Of a stretch of 64,000 nucleotides of DNA, positions 59,773-64,000 are shown one piece after another. The translations under genes and the position numbers were made by a program. The DNA comes from an uncultured Actinomycetes bacterium (GTDB lineage: Bacteria; Actinomycetota; Thermoleophilia; RBG-16-64-13). Numbering within the stretch: position 1 is the stretch's first letter; every line of letters starts with the position of its first letter. The stretch is taken from positions 1,600,001 through 1,664,000 of the forward strand of contig CAWJDT010000001.1 of assembly GCA_963841735.1 (NCBI GenBank), read 5' to 3'. Below the pieces are notes generated by a model. The model worked only from the letters and a program-made list of their open reading frames with translations. It was not told where the DNA came from and did no database searches.

Positions 59773-60459
59773 CTAGCCCCGCGTGGCCCGGCCGTCGCCG
59801 GTGATGGGGATAGCGACACCCAGGTATTTGGGTCTGGGATGGGTGATGTGAAGATCGAGGATGGCCTTCACCCGAGCCAGCATTTCGCGTGTGGCGTTGC
59901 GGGTCTCGTTGAAATAGGGCCGGAGGTCGGACGCGACGCCGGTGGCCTCCAGGCCCAGCGTGCGGGCGGTGTAGACGGCTCGGGATAGGTGGAAGCCCTG
60001 CGTGACGATGATGGCCGTCTCCACCTGGAAAACATCGCGAGCGCGGTACATGGTGTCGTAGGTATCGAAGCCAGCATGATCGGTGAACACGTCCTCTTCG
60101 GGGATGCCTCGTGCAACCACGTAGTCGAGCATGACATTGACCTCATCGTAGGTCGTCTGGCCATGATCGCCCGAGAGCAAGAGCTTGTCGACCTTGCCCA
60201 GTTTGTAGAGTCTGATGCCGACTTCCAGTCGGTCGGCGAGCATGGGGTAGGGCTTGCCGTCAGCATAGACTCTGGCGCCGAGCACAATGGCGCACTGCGC
60301 GTGGGGTGCATCCTCAGGTGACTGCGCGATGTAATCATGTGCACCGCGGATCACGATGAGGTTGGCCGCCAGCAAGGCCAACCCGGTCAGCAACACGAGG
60401 ACGGCAACCGCGATCAGCGACCAGAGAAGAACCCGCCGTCTGCGACCCCGCTTTCCCAT
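59773..60459 (-). CDS. SanA/YdcF (DUF218) family protein
   Basis: IVLGA, LADRL, LLSGD, YDEV, DHAGFDTYDT, TQGFHLSRA, RE. Confidence 0.88.
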   Translation of the reverse strand: MGKRGRRRRVLLWSLIAVAVLVLLTGLALLAANLIVIRGAHDYIAQSPEDAPHAQCAIVLGARVYADGKPYPMLADRLEVGIRLYKLGKVDKLLLSGDHGQTTYDEVNVMLDYVVARGIPEEDVFTDHAGFDTYDTMYRARDVFQVETAIIVTQGFHLSRAVYTARTLGLEATGVASDLRPYFNETRNATREMLARVKAILDLHITHPRPKYLGVAIPITGDGRATRG

Positions 60460-60663
60460 GCGGGCCAGGTTATCATGCGTTGGCGCTGGGCATGGATTGC
60501 CGGTCCTTCTTCTAGGAGGGGTTGCCACGAAGGCCCCTGGGCGCTGTGCCCCGGTGCCGTGCCAGTGCCGTGTAAAATAGAAAAGCAAGTCGGCGGGCGC
60601 GAGCACTTCTGCCCAGCGGCCCGCTTTCACCGGAAGAAGTAAAGAGGAACGGGGGTACGTGGC

Positions 60664-61941
60664 ATGGCTATGACCATGACCGAGAAGATCCTGGCCCGAG
60701 CTGCCGGCAAAGAGTCGGTAGTTCCTGGCGAGCTCATCATGGCGAAACTGGATTTCTGTTTCGGCAACGACGTCACCTCTGGGGTGGCTATCGATGAGTT
60801 CGAAAAGGCTGGGTTCGATCGGGTTTTCGATCTGGAGAAGGTCGCGTTCATCCCCGACCACTTCACACCCAACAAGGACATCAAGTCGGCGGGTCTGGTC
60901 AAGCAGATGCGCGAGTTCTCCAAGCAGCAGGGACTCACTCACTGGTACGACGTGGGCCGCGTGGGCGTAGAGCATGCCTTCTGGCCCGAACAAGGCATTG
61001 TCGGTCCCGGTGACGTCGTCCTGGGTGCCGACTCCCACACCTGCACCTACGGAGCCCTGGGCGCGTTCGCGACCGGGGTGGGCTCCACCGACTTGGCCGG
61101 GGCCATGGCCACCGGCGAAGCTTGGTTCCGGGTGCCGGAGAGCCACCGTTTTGACTTCGAGGGCTCCCTGGGCCGCTACGTTACGGGCAAAGACATCGTC
61201 CTTTTTACAATCGGCCAGATAGGCGTCGACGGCGCCCTGTATAAGGCCATGGAGTTCAGCGGGTCGGCCATCCGTGCCCTCTCCATGGACGGGCGCTTCA
61301 CTATCTGCAACATGGCAATAGAGGCCGGGGGCAAGAGCGGCATCATCGCGCCCGATGACATCACCAAGGCATATGTGGAGGGGCGGTTCCGTCGCACCCC
61401 GCGCTACTACGCCAGCGATGCCGACGCCTATTACGAGAGGACCTACTCGTGGAAGGCCGACGACATACCGCTGATGGTGGCCAAGCCGCATCTGCCCTCC
61501 AATACCCAGCCGGCCGACGAGCTCAACAGCGTCAAGATCGACCAGGTGATCATAGGCAGCTGCACCAACGGCCGCATGGAGGATCTGCGCCAGGCGGCGG
61601 AGATACTGCGCGGGCGCAAGGTGCACAAGGACATCCGCTGCATCGTCATCCCGGCCACCCAGGCCATCTGGAAGCAGGCCATGGACGAGGGACTGTTCGA
61701 CGTGTTCGTGGAGGCCGAGGCGGCTGTGTCGGCCCCCACCTGCGGACCCTGCTTGGGCGGGCACATGGGTGTGCTGGCCAAGGGCGAGCGGGCCGTGTCG
61801 ACCACCAACCGCAACTTCGTGGGCCGTATGGGCGACCCGGGCTCGGAAGTCTACCTGGCCGGCCCGTACGTGGCCGCGGCCAGCGCTGTGGCGGGCTACA
61901 TCGCCACGCCCGATCAGATCGGCGGGAGGAGGCAGCCATGA
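60664..61941 (+). CDS. leuC: 3-isopropylmalate dehydratase large subunit
   Basis: TEKIL, PDH, GADSHTCT, CNMAIEAG, IGSCTNGR, CGPCLG, STTNRNF. Confidence 0.92.
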   Translation: MAMTMTEKILARAAGKESVVPGELIMAKLDFCFGNDVTSGVAIDEFEKAGFDRVFDLEKVAFIPDHFTPNKDIKSAGLVKQMREFSKQQGLTHWYDVGRVGVEHAFWPEQGIVGPGDVVLGADSHTCTYGALGAFATGVGSTDLAGAMATGEAWFRVPESHRFDFEGSLGRYVTGKDIVLFTIGQIGVDGALYKAMEFSGSAIRALSMDGRFTICNMAIEAGGKSGIIAPDDITKAYVEGRFRRTPRYYASDADAYYERTYSWKADDIPLMVAKPHLPSNTQPADELNSVKIDQVIIGSCTNGRMEDLRQAAEILRGRKVHKDIRCIVIPATQAIWKQAMDEGLFDVFVEAEAAVSAPTCGPCLGGHMGVLAKGERAVSTTNRNFVGRMGDPGSEVYLAGPYVAAASAVAGYIATPDQIGGRRQP

Positions 61942-62438
61942 CGGCTCTAAGCGGACGCGCCTGGACCTTCGGCCGCGATGTCGATACCGATCTCATCATC
62001 CCGGCTCGCTATCTGAACATGAAGACGGCCGAGGAGTTGGCCGCACACGTCATGGAAGACGCCGACCCCACCTTCGCGGGCAAGGTGAAGCCCGGCGACA
62101 TCGTAGTGGCCAAGGAGAACTTCGGCTGCGGCTCGTCGCGCGAGCATGCTCCCATCGCGCTGAAGGGCGCCGGGGTGTCGCTGGTGATCGCCAAGAGCTT
62201 CGCGCGCATCTTCTACCGCAACGCCTTCAACACCGGCCTGCCCATCTTGGTGGCGCCGGAGGCCGTGGACGGCATCAAAGAAGGCGACGAGCTGACGGTC
62301 GATCTCGCCACGGGCGAGATCGCCGACGTCACCACGGGCGTCAACTACCAGGCCCAACCACTCCCGCCCTTTATGCAAGAACTGGTGGCCGCGGGTGGAC
62401 TGTTGCCCTATCTGAAGACCCGCGCCGCGGCGAGCTGA
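61938..62438 (+). CDS. leuD: 3-isopropylmalate dehydratase small subunit
   Basis: DVDTDLIIP, NFGCGSSREHAP, SFARIFYRN. Confidence 0.92.
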   Translation: MTALSGRAWTFGRDVDTDLIIPARYLNMKTAEELAAHVMEDADPTFAGKVKPGDIVVAKENFGCGSSREHAPIALKGAGVSLVIAKSFARIFYRNAFNTGLPILVAPEAVDGIKEGDELTVDLATGEIADVTTGVNYQAQPLPPFMQELVAAGGLLPYLKTRAAAS

Positions 62439-62469
62439 CGCCGCCGCGCCAACTGGCGAAAGGATCCGC

Positions 62470-63552
62470 ATGAACTACAAGATAGCCGTCATCCCCGGTG
62501 ATGGCACCGGCCCCGAAGTGGTGGCCGAGGGCCTCAAGGTTCTCAAAGCCGTGGCTACCGTGGCCGGCTTCGGCTACGAACTCACTCACTACGACTTCGG
62601 CGGCGAGCGGTACCTGCGCACCGGCGAGACCCTGCCCGACTCGGCCATCGAGGAGTTCAAGCAGCACGACGCCATTCTCTTGGGTGCCATCGGCCATCCG
62701 GATGTGGCCCCGGGAGTGTTGGAGCAGGGGGTGCTGCTCAAGGCCCGGTTCGCCCTCGACCAGTACATCAACCTGCGCCCGGTGCGTCTGATCCCGGGCG
62801 TCGAGACCCCCATCAAGAACAAGGGTCCCAAAGAGATCGACTACTGCGTGATCCGCGAGAACACCGGTGGCATGTACACGGGCATGGGTGGCAACTCCCG
62901 GCCGGGCACCAAGGACGAGGTGGCCATCCAGGAGATGGTCTACACCTACGACCAAGTGGCCCGCTGCCTACGCTACGCCTTTGCGTATGCCCGCAAGAAC
63001 GGCAAGAAGGCCCGTGGCGTGGGGCCGGACAACACCCTGGCTATGATCGGCAAGTCGAACGTGCTCACCCACATGTACAAACTCTGGAACCGCGTCTTCG
63101 CCGAGATAGGCGAGGAGGAGTACCCGGATATCAAGCGGGAGTACTACCACGTGGATGCTACCTGCCTCTATATGGTGGTCAGCCCCGAGATGTTCGACGT
63201 GATGGTGGTTGAGAACATGTTCGGCGACATCATCACCGACCTGGGCGCTATCACCCAGGGCGGTCTGGGCATCGCCGCCGGCGGCAACATCAACCCCGAG
63301 GGCGTCAGCATGTTCGAGCCCATCGGGGGCACGGCTCCCATGTGGACCGGCAAGAACGCCATCAACCCGTTGGCGGCTATCGGCGCCGTGCAGATGATGT
63401 TGGAGCACCTGGGCGAGACCACGGCGGCCGCTCTTGTGGAGAAGGGCATCGCCTATGCGGTGACTCAGACGAAATCCATGGTGGCTAACGAGATGGGCAT
63501 GGGTACCGACGCTGTGGGTGACCTGGTGGCGGGGGCGGTAGCCAACGGCTGA
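62470..63552 (+). CDS. leuB: 3-isopropylmalate dehydrogenase
   Basis: IPGDGTGPEV, NLRP, RENT, KSNV, NMFGDIITDL, FEPIGG; follows leuCD. Confidence 0.88.
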   Translation: MNYKIAVIPGDGTGPEVVAEGLKVLKAVATVAGFGYELTHYDFGGERYLRTGETLPDSAIEEFKQHDAILLGAIGHPDVAPGVLEQGVLLKARFALDQYINLRPVRLIPGVETPIKNKGPKEIDYCVIRENTGGMYTGMGGNSRPGTKDEVAIQEMVYTYDQVARCLRYAFAYARKNGKKARGVGPDNTLAMIGKSNVLTHMYKLWNRVFAEIGEEEYPDIKREYYHVDATCLYMVVSPEMFDVMVVENMFGDIITDLGAITQGGLGIAAGGNINPEGVSMFEPIGGTAPMWTGKNAINPLAAIGAVQMMLEHLGETTAAALVEKGIAYAVTQTKSMVANEMGMGTDAVGDLVAGAVANG

Positions 63553-63656
63553 GGGGCAGACCGGCCCGTCGCGCGAGACGCGCGGGGCACTCGAGTGGCC
63601 GGGTGCCGACGGCGCTGACGCCGGACGCGCGCGCGGGGGCCTCGGCGAGCGCAGGC

Positions 63657-64000
63657 CTAGGCGATCTTGGAGACGAGCAGCACGGCCACGTCGTCCGGGA
63701 AGGGATCGTCGCCGGCGCGCTCCGATTCGGCCATTATCTCCTCGACCACCTGGGTTCTGATCGGGCCGGGGGCGGCTGCGTCCAGCCGCTCTACCAGGCG
63801 GTCGAGTGGGTAGCCTTCGCCCGAGTGTCTCTGTGCCGCCCCCTCGTACAGGCCGTCCGTGCACAAGAGTAGGCTCCAGGCGTCAGGCAGAGGGAATACC
63901 TCGGCATGCCAGTCTCGGTTGTGCTGGCAGCCCAGTGGAAGAACGGGCTTGGCCGGCAACAGCCGCGCCCCCTGCGCGATGAGGATAGGAGGGGGATGCC
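63657..64000 (-). CDS. PP2C/SpoIIE-type phosphatase, C-terminal part (runs off window)
   Basis: HPP.L, LPLG, LLLCTDGLYE, DDVAVL. Confidence 0.8.
   Translation of the reverse strand, partial: HPPPILIAQGARLLPAKPVLPLGCQHNRDWHAEVFPLPDAWSLLLCTDGLYEGAAQRHSGEGYPLDRLVERLDAAAPGPIRTQVVEEIMAESERAGDDPFPDDVAVLLVSKIA

Noticed and set aside
60460-61764. 663-aa minus-strand ORF and other long antisense ORFs in the track
   Set aside because: Shadow frames of high-GC genes; only the C-terminal 228 aa (SanA-like) is credible

Overview
High-GC bacterial chromosomal window, apparently from an uncultured anaerobic or microaerophilic Actinomycetota-like lineage (inference from gene content and leaderless promoters). 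It carries: an atypical cbb3-type oxidase operon with a fused penta-haem CcoO-cytochrome c subunit; a 5,584-bp-offset direct repeat in which a 100%-identical structured ~330-bp non-coding element and a ~94%-identical NYN-LOTUS RNase gene bracket a cassette of secreted proteins, including a DNRLRE + NPP1/Vps62-like protein; amtB-glnK; 2-hydroxyacyl-CoA dehydratase subunits; a three-gene B12-binding sensor module; two tandem CoA-transferase pairs, one lacking the catalytic Glu; leuA-acnA behind a Leu-rich leaderless uORF; crcB with a fluoride riboswitch; a pabB-pabC fusion; an Rrf2-metY-cysK-thiF sulfur operon; several cell-wall enzymes; and leuCDB. Many conserved genes, mostly at 29-57 kb, have single-base frameshifts that look like sequencing errors. 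No rRNA, tRNA, CRISPR array, integrase or transposase was recognised. All family calls come from motif recognition by eye, not database searches.
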